The notes: generated by a model not told the origin, from the sequence alone. A DNA stretch of 64,000 nt from an uncultured delta proteobacterium (GCA_963823335.1 CAWGLD010000001.1:864001-928000), one strand, 5' to 3'; shown: positions 32,013 through 42,004, counted from the stretch's first letter. Numbers and translations are program-made.

Positions 32013-33281
32013 ATGACAGATATTGTATTAATAGGGCTGAATCACACCACAGCACCGGTTGAACTCAGGGAGTGCATCGCGTTTACACCCGAGGATACCT
32101 TCGTTGCCTTGGACCAGTTGAAACAGGAATCCGCCATTGATGAAGTGCTGGTCTATTCGACCTGCAACCGTGTTGAAATTCTTCTGGTTACCGGGGACAT
32201 CCCTGCTGCCGTCGATATAACCAAGAAATTCATCGCCTCCATGCATCAGATTCCTTTGGAACGTTTCGAGAATTTTCTCTATTATTGGGAAAACGATGAT
32301 GCCGTCAGGCATGTATTTCGTGTCGCGTCCAGTCTGGACTCCATGATAGTTGGAGAGCCTCAAATTCTGGGACAGATCAAATCGGCCTATCAAACCGCCA
32401 CCCAGCGCAAAGCCTCCGCACTGATTCTGAATCGATTGCTGCATCGCGCTTTTTTTGTGGCAAAAAAAGTACGCACCGAAACAGGCATCGGTGACCGGGC
32501 GGTATCCATCAGCTATGCCGCGATTGAGCTGAGCAAGAAAATCTTTGACTCCCTGCTAAAAAAGAAGGTGTTGATGATCGGTGCCGGAGAAATGGCTGAA
32601 CTCGCGGTGGAACATCTGATCCGACAAAAAGTCGGGAATCTTTATGTTGCCAACCGGACATTTGAACGGGGTGTTTCACTGGCGGAAAGATACAAGGGGC
32701 AGGCAGTCCGAATGGAAGAAATACCTCGGTGCCTTGAACAGGTCGATATCATTATCAGTTCAACCGGATCATCCGAACTGGTTATCCAACGCGACCAGGT
32801 AAAAACCGCCATGCGTGTCCGACGAAACAGGCCTTTGTTCTTTATCGACATCGCCGTTCCGCGGGACATTGACCCGGAAATCAACCGATTGGACAATGCA
32901 TATGTCTATGATGTCGATGATCTCCAGAACATTATCAAAGAAAATCTCGAAGATCGCAAAAAAGAGGCCTTGAAAGGGGAAAGAATCGTGGACGAGGCGG
33001 TTATCCGTTTTCGAGACTGGTACGACAACCTGAATGTCGTTCCAACCATTGTCGATCTCAGAAACAAATTACGCAAAATTATCGAAAATGAGCTTCACAG
33101 AACGATTCCGGATCTCAAACAGGCTCCGGTAGCAGATCAGGAAGCCCTGCAGAAAATGGCAGGAACGATGGTCAATAAGATTATGCATGATCCCACCCGT
33201 CTCTTGAAGACGGAGGGACACCACATCAACAAGCCTGTCTATCTGGATTTGCTGCGCAGGCTTTTCAACCTGGACGATTAA
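32013..33281 (+). CDS. hemA: Glutamyl-tRNA reductase
   Basis: 'GLNHTTAPVELRE', 'STCNRVE', 'SLDSMIVGEPQILGQ', 'GAGEM', 'DIAVPRD'. Confidence 0.97.
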   Translation: MTDIVLIGLNHTTAPVELRECIAFTPEDTFVALDQLKQESAIDEVLVYSTCNRVEILLVTGDIPAAVDITKKFIASMHQIPLERFENFLYYWENDDAVRHVFRVASSLDSMIVGEPQILGQIKSAYQTATQRKASALILNRLLHRAFFVAKKVRTETGIGDRAVSISYAAIELSKKIFDSLLKKKVLMIGAGEMAELAVEHLIRQKVGNLYVANRTFERGVSLAERYKGQAVRMEEIPRCLEQVDIIISSTGSSELVIQRDQVKTAMRVRRNRPLFFIDIAVPRDIDPEINRLDNAYVYDVDDLQNIIKENLEDRKKEALKGERIVDEAVIRFRDWYDNLNVVPTIVDLRNKLRKIIENELHRTIPDLKQAPVADQEALQKMAGTMVNKIMHDPTRLLKTEGHHINKPVYLDLLRRLFNLDD

Positions 33282-33360
33282 CTATTTTGAATTGTTGGTT
33301 AAAAAAAATATAAATGCCCCTTGCCCAACCCAGACAAACCGGAAAAGAAAAAGATATTTT

Positions 33361-33440
33361 ATCACGAAAACACGAAAGTACGACACCACGAAAACGACCA
33401 TGAAACTTTTCGTGGTTTTCAGATTTCGTGTTTTCGTGAT
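33361..33440. repeat. Nested inverted repeat of cacgaaa units
   Basis: Perfect 17-bp arms atcacgaaaacacgaaa / tttcgtgttttcgtgat plus inner ccacgaaaa / ttttcgtgg. Confidence 0.85.
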
Positions 33441-33507
33441 TGCTTTTATTTTTCTTGCCACAAAACACACAAATTTTACAGTTAAAGGACTAACCAGGAG
33501 ACTTCAC

Positions 33508-34446
33508 ATGAAAAAAATAGCGTTTTTATTTCCCGGTCAAGGCTCCCAACGCATTGGTATGGGCCTCGAGTTTTATCAGGCATCTGATATTGTTCGGGAA
33601 GTTTTCGACATGGCAGAAGAGCTGGTTAAAATCAATTTGTCAAAACTTTGTTTCAAGGGCCCCATGGAGGATTTGACCGCCACCGTGAACCTTCAACCGG
33701 CGTTGACCGCGATCAATCTGTCCACCCTGGCGGTAATTCAAAAGGAGGGCATCAGGGCCGATGTCACGGCAGGCCACAGTCTGGGTGAGTACAGCGCCTT
33801 ATGTGCCGCCGCCGTTATTTCAAAGGAAAACACCATCCGGGCTGTCATGAAAAGAGGCGAGTTGATGCACCGCGAAGCCGCACGGCAGAAAGGCGCCATG
33901 TCTGCGATTATCGGGCTTCCCATTGAAGCGGTAGAGGATATCGTCACCAAGGCCGGGTCAGACGGTATCGTATCCGTTGCAAATCACAATACCAAGGAAC
34001 AGATCGTGATTACCGGGGAACCGGCGGCTGTCCTGAAGGCAGCCACCCTGGCTGTCGCCCAAAACGCCCGTTCGATTCCCTTAAAAGTGAGTGGTGCATG
34101 GCACAGCGCCTTGATTCAAGATGCAGAAAACGATTTCAAGGATTTTTTAGAGAGCATCCCGTTCAGCACGCCCCAGATGCCTGTGCTGCACAATGTGACG
34201 GCCGAGAGTACGAAAGATCCCCATGAAACTCGATCGCTGATGGTGAGACAGCTGTGTCACCCTGTTAAATGGTACGACATCATGTGCAGACTGATGGACC
34301 AAGAAATAGAAATATTTGTGGAGGTGGGTCCAGGAAACGTTCTTTCCGGACTTTTGAAAAAAACAATACCGGCAGGATACCGGTATCAGATTTTCACTGT
34401 TAGCAACATGAAAACACTTGAAATGTTCTTTGCAGCGGTTCTCTAA
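33508..34446 (+). CDS. fabD: Malonyl-CoA:ACP transacylase
   Basis: 'FPGQGSQ', 'GHSLGEY', 'VSGAWHS', 'EVGPG'; ATG after AGGAG. Confidence 0.95.
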   Translation: MKKIAFLFPGQGSQRIGMGLEFYQASDIVREVFDMAEELVKINLSKLCFKGPMEDLTATVNLQPALTAINLSTLAVIQKEGIRADVTAGHSLGEYSALCAAAVISKENTIRAVMKRGELMHREAARQKGAMSAIIGLPIEAVEDIVTKAGSDGIVSVANHNTKEQIVITGEPAAVLKAATLAVAQNARSIPLKVSGAWHSALIQDAENDFKDFLESIPFSTPQMPVLHNVTAESTKDPHETRSLMVRQLCHPVKWYDIMCRLMDQEIEIFVEVGPGNVLSGLLKKTIPAGYRYQIFTVSNMKTLEMFFAAVL

Positions 34447-34697
34447 AAATCGTCCGGTTCTACCCAAACGATATGATTTTTATTGATAAAACGTGTCTTC
34501 CCCGACGTATCGATAGAGGAGACATCTACCATGACAATAAAAGACCGTTCGCCTTTCGTAAAAATGTCTGAAACTCTCTGATCCGGTGAAATGTTCACTT
34601 TTCCATTAAATGTCGAACCATCGATGGTTCTGACGGTAATGGATTTGTATTGCGTACTATAATTGTCTTCCGCCATGTCCATATCCATCTCCTCCAT
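34443..34697 (-). CDS. Small hypothetical protein (DUF6812-like)
   Basis: 'TIDGSTFNGKVN..RVSD.F...FINK.HIVWVEP'. Confidence 0.55.
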   Translation of the reverse strand: MEEMDMDMAEDNYSTQYKSITVRTIDGSTFNGKVNISPDQRVSDIFTKGERSFIVMVDVSSIDTSGKTRFINKNHIVWVEPDDF

Positions 34698-34911
34698 TTC
34701 AGTCGAGTCCGAAAAAATCGTGCAATGATCTTTTTCTATATACGTTATCCGGCCGGTACTGACAACACCTAATTATCGTCCAAAAGTGCAAATGAAGACC
34801 CGTCACATGCATATTGTCCAGCTGTTTCAACATTAGGGCTTTACAGCATTTTATTTTTGTGCTATGCAAGCTTTTTTAGTAGATATTGCTCCATGATTTT
34901 GAGGTGCTATT

Positions 34912-35274
34912 ATGAAAAAGAAAGACACTGAATTTTTTAATGAACAACTGACGCAAAAATTAGAGTCCCTTCTCAATCAGGCGGATGATACCGTTTCCGG
35001 CATGACCGCACCCAAAGAGAATTTCCCGGATCCAACCGATCGTGCGGCCCTCGAATCCGACCGGAATTTCATGCTTAGAATTCGTGATCGAGAAAGCAAA
35101 CTCATCGATAAAATCAAAAAAGCGCTCACACGTATAGAAAACGGCACCTTTGGCATCTGCGAATCCTGTGGTGAGGACATCTCGATCCAGCGTTTGAAAG
35201 CCAGAATGGTAACGACCCAGTGTATCGATTGTAAAACAAAAGAGGAAGCATTCGAAAAGGCCCTTGGATTATAA
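34912..35274 (+). CDS. dksA: RNA polymerase-binding transcription factor DksA
   Basis: 'DPTDRA', 'RIRDRE', C4 zinc finger CESC...CIDC. Confidence 0.95.
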   Translation: MKKKDTEFFNEQLTQKLESLLNQADDTVSGMTAPKENFPDPTDRAALESDRNFMLRIRDRESKLIDKIKKALTRIENGTFGICESCGEDISIQRLKARMVTTQCIDCKTKEEAFEKALGL

Positions 35275-36826
35275 AGAAAACATCAGCATCGATCTGCATA
35301 TTCACTCCACCGCCTCAGACGGCACCTTGACACCCTCAGAAATTATTTCACTGGCACACGAACTCGGATTGGGTGCCATTGCCATCACAGATCATGACAC
35401 GCTTGCCGGAGCAAAAGAAGCGCTTGGTCTCACCATACCCGCAACCATTGAATTGGTAACCGGTGTCGAAATCAGTGCAGGACCCATCACACCATTCGAC
35501 TCTGTCAGCAGTTATCACATTCTGGGATATTTTATGCGTATGGACGATCCTGTGCTGAACCAGACACTCGACGAACTTCAGCAAATTCGCCGGCAGCGAA
35601 ACCAGAAAATCATCCAGCGTCTGAACAGTATGGGTATCATGATAACCATGGAAGATATCCGAAAAGGGGTTGTCTCCGGTGAAATCGGTAGACCCCACAT
35701 TGCCACGGCCCTGTTGGAAAAAAATATTGTCCATTCCATCGATGAGGCCTTCGATGAATTTCTCGGCCAGGGGAAACCTGCCTATGTGGACAAACAACGG
35801 CTCACTTGCCGAAAAGCTATCCAAGTCATATCCGGTGCCGGTGGTGTTCCCGTTCTGGCCCACCCCGGGCTGCTGAATATCGACCAGGAAAGTGATCTGG
35901 AGACCTTGATTGTCGCTCTAAAAAAAAGGGGATTGAAAGGTGTCGAAGTCTACTATCCGGAACACTCGGATCAGCAGATCCAACAACTGCTCCGAATAGC
36001 CTCATCACATGACCTGCTTTTAACCGGCGGTACTGATTTTCATGGTGACTTGAAGCCGGAGTTGAAAATGGGTTCTGGATATGACGGTCTGCATGTGCCT
36101 TATGGTTTATTTGAAAGCTTGCGGCTATGCGCCCATGCACCGGACAATCTCTCAACGCTGGAAAAGAGACTCGGATACGTATTTCAGAACCGACGGATCG
36201 TGTCCGAAGCTGTCCGCCACAGCTCCTTTGTGAATGAGCAGGCAAATCCAGATATGCGCGACAATGAACGATTCGAATTTCTTGGAGACGCAGTGTTGAA
36301 TCTCGCTGTTGGGCATATTTTAATGGAGCGTCATCCGGACCTGAAAGAAGGAGATCTGACCAGAATCCGCTCGAATATGGTCAATGAAACCCAACTGGCG
36401 TCTTTGGCCCACTCTTTGAGCATTGGCAGCCACATTCTCTTTGGTAAGGGTGAATATCTCACCGGCGGACATCAAAAATGTTCGATTCTTGCCGATACCA
36501 TGGAAGCAATTATTGCCGCCATCTACCTGGATGGTGGGTATGATACCGCCTATGCCATGATCGAACAGCTCTTTTCAGATCTTTTCGATGCCGTCGGGAA
36601 AGGGGTACCATTTCTGGACTATAAAAGCGCACTTCAGGAAGAGGTTCAGTGCCAGGGCAAACCAGCACCGGAATACCGGATAATCGAAGAAAAGGGACCC
36701 GACCATGACAAAACCTTCAGTGTGCAGGCCGACGTATGCAGTCTTCAAGCGGTTGGAGAGGGAAAAAGCAAGAAAGCCGCCGAGCAGGATGCTGCGCGAA
36801 AAGCCCTGAATGCCTTGAAGTCCTGA
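35264..36826 (+). CDS. rnc: PHP-domain phosphoesterase fused to ribonuclease III
   Basis: N-terminal DLHIHS/TDHD/EIS/HILG/RPH/AHP/GTDFHG; C-terminal NERFEFLGDAVL, ADTMEAIIAAIYLDGG, dsRBD GPDHDKTF...KKAAEQDAA. Confidence 0.92.
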   Translation: MDYKENISIDLHIHSTASDGTLTPSEIISLAHELGLGAIAITDHDTLAGAKEALGLTIPATIELVTGVEISAGPITPFDSVSSYHILGYFMRMDDPVLNQTLDELQQIRRQRNQKIIQRLNSMGIMITMEDIRKGVVSGEIGRPHIATALLEKNIVHSIDEAFDEFLGQGKPAYVDKQRLTCRKAIQVISGAGGVPVLAHPGLLNIDQESDLETLIVALKKRGLKGVEVYYPEHSDQQIQQLLRIASSHDLLLTGGTDFHGDLKPELKMGSGYDGLHVPYGLFESLRLCAHAPDNLSTLEKRLGYVFQNRRIVSEAVRHSSFVNEQANPDMRDNERFEFLGDAVLNLAVGHILMERHPDLKEGDLTRIRSNMVNETQLASLAHSLSIGSHILFGKGEYLTGGHQKCSILADTMEAIIAAIYLDGGYDTAYAMIEQLFSDLFDAVGKGVPFLDYKSALQEEVQCQGKPAPEYRIIEEKGPDHDKTFSVQADVCSLQAVGEGKSKKAAEQDAARKALNALKS

Positions 36827-36895
36827 CGGACGTTTCCATTGTCCATAACCCAATAGGGTGACACCGTTAAATCAACGACAACTTGGTTTTGTTGC

Positions 36896-37975
36896 GTGAC
36901 CAACATGACAACCGCCCCCCCTTCCAATTATCCAAACAAAAAAAAGGGCTCCCGCCCTTTCATCGTCCCTGTTTTCATTCCCCATGCCGGGTGCCCTCAG
37001 CAGTGTGCATTCTGCAACCAGACACACATTGCGGACCGTCCTGAAGATATGCCTTCAGTAAAAGAGGTCGAGGTGCAGATCACCCGTTTTTTAACGTATC
37101 ATCAACCCTACCATGGGGCAGCTCAGATATCGTTTTACGGCGGCACCTTTCTGGGGCTCGGAGAAGAAGGGATCCTCAGATTTCTGAGCCTTGCCAACCG
37201 ATTTGTTTCCCGGGGGCAGGCAACGAGCATCCGCTTTTCAACCCGCCCGGATACCATCACCCCAGCCATGCTTGACCTGATCCAGGCGTTTCCAGTCAGA
37301 ACCATTGAACTGGGCGTCCAATCCATGGATGACACGGTGCTGCAACGTTCCCTTCGCGGGCATACCGCCCTTGACACCCGTCTGGCCGTGCCTCTTTTAA
37401 AAGAACGCGGCTATGACGTCGGCCTCCAGATAATGATCGGTTTACCAGGTCAGGATGAATCCTCCGCCGTGTCAACCGCCCATGAGATCGCCGATCTTTT
37501 ACCGGACTTTGTGCGTATCTACCCGACAATTGTATTGAAAAACAGCCGCCTGGAAACATGGTATCAAAACGGATCCTATGCACCCCTTGCCCTGGATGCG
37601 GCCGTCAGCCAGGCAAAAACGCTCTATGGTTTCTTTCGGGAAAAACAGATACCGGTTATTCGAATGGGTCTCCAGGCGTCAGAAAGCCTCGATTTAGAAG
37701 GAACCGTTGTTGCCGGTCCCTATCATCCTGCTTTTGGCCACATGGTCCACGCAGAAATTTTTTTCGACAAGGCGGCCGCAGAACTCGCTCTGGAAACGAC
37801 ACGCATACACAAGACATCGTTTTTTGTTCATCCAAACAGCCTCCCGAAAATGAGAGGTTTTAAAAACACCAACATCAAACGCTTGAAGACAATTTTTCAA
37901 ATAGATTCAATTGAATTGGTACCGGATGCCTCTATTTCCGAAGAAACACTCCGTGTTGAGGTAGGAGAAAAATAA
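36896..37975 (+). CDS. Radical SAM protein (Elp3/YhcC-like, no acetyltransferase domain)
   Basis: 'FIPHAGCPQQCAFCNQ', 'FYGGTF', 'STRPD', 'ELGVQS', 'RIYPT', 'GPYHPAF'. Confidence 0.85.
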   Translation: MTNMTTAPPSNYPNKKKGSRPFIVPVFIPHAGCPQQCAFCNQTHIADRPEDMPSVKEVEVQITRFLTYHQPYHGAAQISFYGGTFLGLGEEGILRFLSLANRFVSRGQATSIRFSTRPDTITPAMLDLIQAFPVRTIELGVQSMDDTVLQRSLRGHTALDTRLAVPLLKERGYDVGLQIMIGLPGQDESSAVSTAHEIADLLPDFVRIYPTIVLKNSRLETWYQNGSYAPLALDAAVSQAKTLYGFFREKQIPVIRMGLQASESLDLEGTVVAGPYHPAFGHMVHAEIFFDKAAAELALETTRIHKTSFFVHPNSLPKMRGFKNTNIKRLKTIFQIDSIELVPDASISEETLRVEVGEK

Positions 37976-37993
37976 TTGAGTGCCTCGAGAATG

Positions 37994-38108
37994 AAATCCG
38001 AAAATCAACTGCTCAAATGATCCAAACCGGGCCTATGCTCTCGAAGATGATATGCTTTGTTTTGGTCATTGGGTGTGTTTAGGATTTCGATTTTCCCACG
38101 TCGGATTT
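37994..38108. repeat. Degenerate inverted repeat (aaatccga...tcggattt)
   Basis: aaatccga at the left end and tcggattt at the right end, with inner aatgatccaaa / ttttggtcatt. Confidence 0.5.
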
Positions 38109-38161
38109 AAATGGCGGCCGCTATCGATATTGCCAAATGGCACAGAACTGGTCCAAAAACC

Positions 38162-38698
38162 CTACACGTCTTCGGGGAGCCGGACCACCAGCACAGGTTT
38201 CTTTGATCGTCGCACCACCCGCCTGGCTGTGCTACCCATCATGGCGTCCGTGAGGGTTCCACGGCCATGGGTTCCCATGACAATCAGGTCGCAATGGTTT
38301 TCATTCGCCGTCTCGAGAATGACCTCCACAGGGTTTCCTCGTTTGACGATAACTTCATCAGACGGAATGGCATGCTCACCTAAATCCGCTTTGGCCTTGG
38401 CGCTGAATTCACCCAAAATTTCACTGATCAGGGCATGATCCCGGCGCTTGCCGATAAGGGCGTCCTTGGCTTCCTGCAAATTATTTTCTTTGATTGATTC
38501 CCATTGGGCTTCACCGATGTATCCACTGATGATGTTTTTATTTATGATATCTGGTACTTCCGACAGAACATGCAGTAGAATCAACTTGGCCTTGTACGAA
38601 TTCGCCAGACTGACGGCATAAGCAAAGGCATAGCGTGCGTTTTCAGAAAGATCGGTCGTATATAGGATAGTATTAATACTAACTTTTATTGGCTCCAT
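38162..38698 (-). CDS. Universal stress protein
   Basis: 'ILYTTDLS', 'DLIVMGTHGRG...GSTARRV...PVLVV'. Confidence 0.92.
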   Translation of the reverse strand: MEPIKVSINTILYTTDLSENARYAFAYAVSLANSYKAKLILLHVLSEVPDIINKNIISGYIGEAQWESIKENNLQEAKDALIGKRRDHALISEILGEFSAKAKADLGEHAIPSDEVIVKRGNPVEVILETANENHCDLIVMGTHGRGTLTDAMMGSTARRVVRRSKKPVLVVRLPEDV

Positions 38699-38744
38699 AA
38701 CACCCTCCGATGTGACCTGTTGTTATCGATAACGCGCCCATGGC

Positions 38745-40901
38745 TTAGTGCGCAACGGCCGCTGGTGCTTTCTTTCTCCTGCGCCGCTCATCAATCGGCA
38801 GGGTCAAATCGGGATTTTTTCGAATCCGTATTTTCTGCATGAAATAGACGATCACCCACAAACCAACCCCTGATATATCGACGAGAAATATCGGCACATC
38901 CAGACCGGTAACCCATAAAACGATGCGCGGAAAAAACAGTAGCAGTGTGGCTACGGCCGAGACAATCCACTCAGGCAGGTTTGTCGGGCAAAGAAAATAT
39001 CCCATGGTGAGACTGCCAAAGGCGATGGTTCCCAGCACAATGGTAACCCAGGTAGACACCACCTGAAACCAGGGGATGAAGTGCTCCGGCCCCCCCATCA
39101 GAAAGCCCGGTGAAAAAGCAAAGAGAAAGGGTCCAAGATACAGCATTTTGGCAAATTTAAAGGCAGTCCATCCGGTCTTCCAGGGGTCGGAGCCGGCAAT
39201 GGCTGCACCGGCATAGGCCGCAACGCAAACAGGCGGTGTGATGTTCGAATCCTGGCTGAACCAGTATACGATCATGTGGGATGCCAGAAGTGCCCAGCCG
39301 ACCTTCCCCATGAGTTCCAGACGCTTGGGATCGTCGGCCAGAAGGCTCCCGAGGGGCAGTTGCAGCTCCTGGAACGATACACCGAATGTGGTAAGGGATA
39401 TCATGTTGGACACCGCTCCCACGGCTAGCACCGCGGTGATGAGATAGGCGGCGGTGACCGGAACGCCCATGCCCAGAACCAGGCTCGCAAGACCGACGAG
39501 TAGAATCGCCAAAGGCAGAGAGCCGAAAGACAGCTCGATGATGATCTGGGAAAATTTCAGCCCGATACCCGTCAGCTGGATGGTTCCGACGATGATGCCG
39601 ATCACACCTACGGTGGCGCCAATAATGATGGTCTGACGCGCCCCCTCGTTCATGGCATTCAAGATCTCTTTCAGACCCATGCGCTTGTCCGCTGTCATCC
39701 AGCTGATGCCGACACACGAAATGATGGCCCAGAAGGCCGCATATCCGGGTGAAAAGCCGAGCAGCATCATGACCACGATGATCACCAGCGGCAAGGACAT
39801 AAACCATTGTTGTTTCAGGATATCCCAAGCCGTCGGTGCGTCGTCCTCCCTTATGCCCACAAGACCGTAGCGCTTGGCCTCGAAATGAATCATTACGAAA
39901 ACGGATAAAAAGTAGATCACGGCCGGGAAAATGGCCAGAAGCATAATCTTGACATACGGAATCTCGGTCATTTCCGCCATTAAAAAACCGCCGGCGCCCA
40001 TGATGGGGGGCATGAACATACCACCGATGGAAGCGGACGGTTCGATAGCCCCGGCGACATGGGGCCTGAATCCGGCTTTTTTCATCATGGGAATGGTGAA
40101 GGCGCCGGTGGAAACCGTGTTGGCGATGGCCGAGCCAGAAACCGAGCCGAAAAAACCCGAAGCGATGACGGCGACCTTGGCAGGCCCTCCAACCGACCTG
40201 CCGGCCAAGGCCATGGGCAGGTCGATAAAAAAACGGCTGGCCCCCGAGGCCCTGAGAAACGACCCGAAAAAGATGAACAAGATGACATAGGTCACCAGTA
40301 CAGTGGCCATGATGCCGAAGACCCCCTCCTGCTTGAAATAGATGTGGTTCAAGGAGCGGTCGAGGGCAAAGCCTGAGTGCGCAAAGGCCTTGAGAATCGG
40401 CACATGGTGGAGCAGATTACCCCAAAAGGCATATAATAGAAATACCACTCCCACAAGGGTCATGGACCATCCCAGCACCCGCCGCGCCACCTCCAGTGAA
40501 ACAAGAATGCCGATGGTGCTGACAAAGGTATCCATACGGGTTTCGGAACCCATGCGGTAGTTGATGGCCTCATACTCCATGATGTAGTAGCCCACCACGA
40601 AAACAGCCACCAACGCTATGACGATATCGGGTAAAGATGGGCGGTTATGCGGGGAAGAAGGCAGCATGGGATAGAGCAGAAACACCAAGACATATGTGAG
40701 CAGCACATATACGCCCAAAAAATACTGGGTGTCTACGGGAACCGCGGCACAATACAGATAGAACAAGACCATGAAGATGCACATGGCCGATGTGAGATAG
40801 TGCCAGGATCCTTCAAGGTTTCGACCGGCACGTTCATCTTTCTTAATGATTTCTTCCAGCTTTTCCTTGTCGGCACCAGCCGGCATATCATGTTCTGTCA
40901 T
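38745..40901 (-). CDS. TRAP transporter fused 4TM/12TM permease (TAXI type)
   Basis: 'GGPAKVAV', 'SGSAIAN..STG.FTIP', 'PPIMGA', 'LGMGVP', 'ITPPVC'. Confidence 0.92.
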   Translation of the reverse strand: MTEHDMPAGADKEKLEEIIKKDERAGRNLEGSWHYLTSAMCIFMVLFYLYCAAVPVDTQYFLGVYVLLTYVLVFLLYPMLPSSPHNRPSLPDIVIALVAVFVVGYYIMEYEAINYRMGSETRMDTFVSTIGILVSLEVARRVLGWSMTLVGVVFLLYAFWGNLLHHVPILKAFAHSGFALDRSLNHIYFKQEGVFGIMATVLVTYVILFIFFGSFLRASGASRFFIDLPMALAGRSVGGPAKVAVIASGFFGSVSGSAIANTVSTGAFTIPMMKKAGFRPHVAGAIEPSASIGGMFMPPIMGAGGFLMAEMTEIPYVKIMLLAIFPAVIYFLSVFVMIHFEAKRYGLVGIREDDAPTAWDILKQQWFMSLPLVIIVVMMLLGFSPGYAAFWAIISCVGISWMTADKRMGLKEILNAMNEGARQTIIIGATVGVIGIIVGTIQLTGIGLKFSQIIIELSFGSLPLAILLVGLASLVLGMGVPVTAAYLITAVLAVGAVSNMISLTTFGVSFQELQLPLGSLLADDPKRLELMGKVGWALLASHMIVYWFSQDSNITPPVCVAAYAGAAIAGSDPWKTGWTAFKFAKMLYLGPFLFAFSPGFLMGGPEHFIPWFQVVSTWVTIVLGTIAFGSLTMGYFLCPTNLPEWIVSAVATLLLFFPRIVLWVTGLDVPIFLVDISGVGLWVIVYFMQKIRIRKNPDLTLPIDERRRRKKAPAAVAH

Positions 40902-41026
40902 GGCCGTTTCCTCTTGTCTTATGAAAATAGACGCCGTGTAGTGTCGGTTTCTGCGGCATTGAAACTCATTGGAGAAGGACCTGACGTCCTTCTCCAATTC
41001 CCAAACAAAACGATTTATAACTTGTA

Positions 41027-42004
41027 CTACGGTTTGAGCTTGTCCGGAATTGATTTGCCCTGTTCGGCCCAGAACTTGGCAGCTCCCGGGTGCAGCTGAA
41101 CGGAGGCACCATCAAACCCGTTTTCCATGGTCGTCTCTTTTGCCGCCTTATGGGCCATGAGCAAGGTCTCCAAACCTTCCTTGGACCAAATGGACTTCGT
41201 GATAGCATAGATCAGATCTTCCGGCAGGTCTGCGTTCGTGCTCAATATACAGGAATCCTTAAAGCTTTTTGTTTCCGGCATGTCCTTTCCGTATGTTCCA
41301 GCGGGTATCACCGCGGGCGAATAGGCGAAAGCGTCATAGAAACCGCTCTTTTCAGCGTCCACACCCACATCGACTAGCCGGATCTTCACCTGCACGCTGG
41401 CCTCAATGACCGAGCTGTTTGGATAGCCCACCAGAACCCAGAAGGCATCGATTTTGCCGTCTTTGAAAGCACTGGCGGCGGCCGAGTAGCCCATAAAGGT
41501 CGGCTTGAAATTGTCCCAGACCCCGATGTGCCGGAAAAATCTTTCCGCGCTGGCCGCTGCACCCGATCCGGCATTTCCCACTGCAACGCGCTTGCCCTTC
41601 AGGTCGTAGGCGCTTTTGAATTCACTGTCCGCCCGTACGACGAGCTGGGCCGGTGCACCATACAGGTACCCTATGGATCGCAGTTTGTTATACTTGTTGG
41701 CATCCTGAGGCAGCAGCCCTTTGTATCCCAGGGCGCTGTCCACGGCATAACACAGTCCTAAATCCGATTCGCCGTTGTGTACACGCTTGACATTTTCCAC
41801 GGAGCCACCAGAGCCCACGGCGCTTGCCTGAATATCCGGGTTTGCTTTGGGAAGATATATCGCCATGCCGTTTGCAAACGTGTTGAAGGTCCCACCCGTG
41901 GGACCGCCGCCGATTTTAATGCTATGTTGCTGTGCCATCAACGGGGTAAGCATCAGGGCGAAAGCCGCCAGAGTCAAAATTGAGATCGATAGAAATTTCT
42001 TCAT
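41027..42004 (-). CDS. TAXI family TRAP solute-binding protein
   Basis: Signal peptide; 'GGPTGGTF', 'GGSVENV', 'DLKGKRVAVG..GSG', 'LHPGA..F'. Confidence 0.92.
   Translation of the reverse strand: MKKFLSISILTLAAFALMLTPLMAQQHSIKIGGGPTGGTFNTFANGMAIYLPKANPDIQASAVGSGGSVENVKRVHNGESDLGLCYAVDSALGYKGLLPQDANKYNKLRSIGYLYGAPAQLVVRADSEFKSAYDLKGKRVAVGNAGSGAAASAERFFRHIGVWDNFKPTFMGYSAAASAFKDGKIDAFWVLVGYPNSSVIEASVQVKIRLVDVGVDAEKSGFYDAFAYSPAVIPAGTYGKDMPETKSFKDSCILSTNADLPEDLIYAITKSIWSKEGLETLLMAHKAAKETTMENGFDGASVQLHPGAAKFWAEQGKSIPDKLKP

Noticed and set aside
33292-33507. N-terminal extension of FabD in the ORF track
   Set aside because: It is read-through of the cacgaaa repeat; the ATG at 33508 has an AGGAG RBS.
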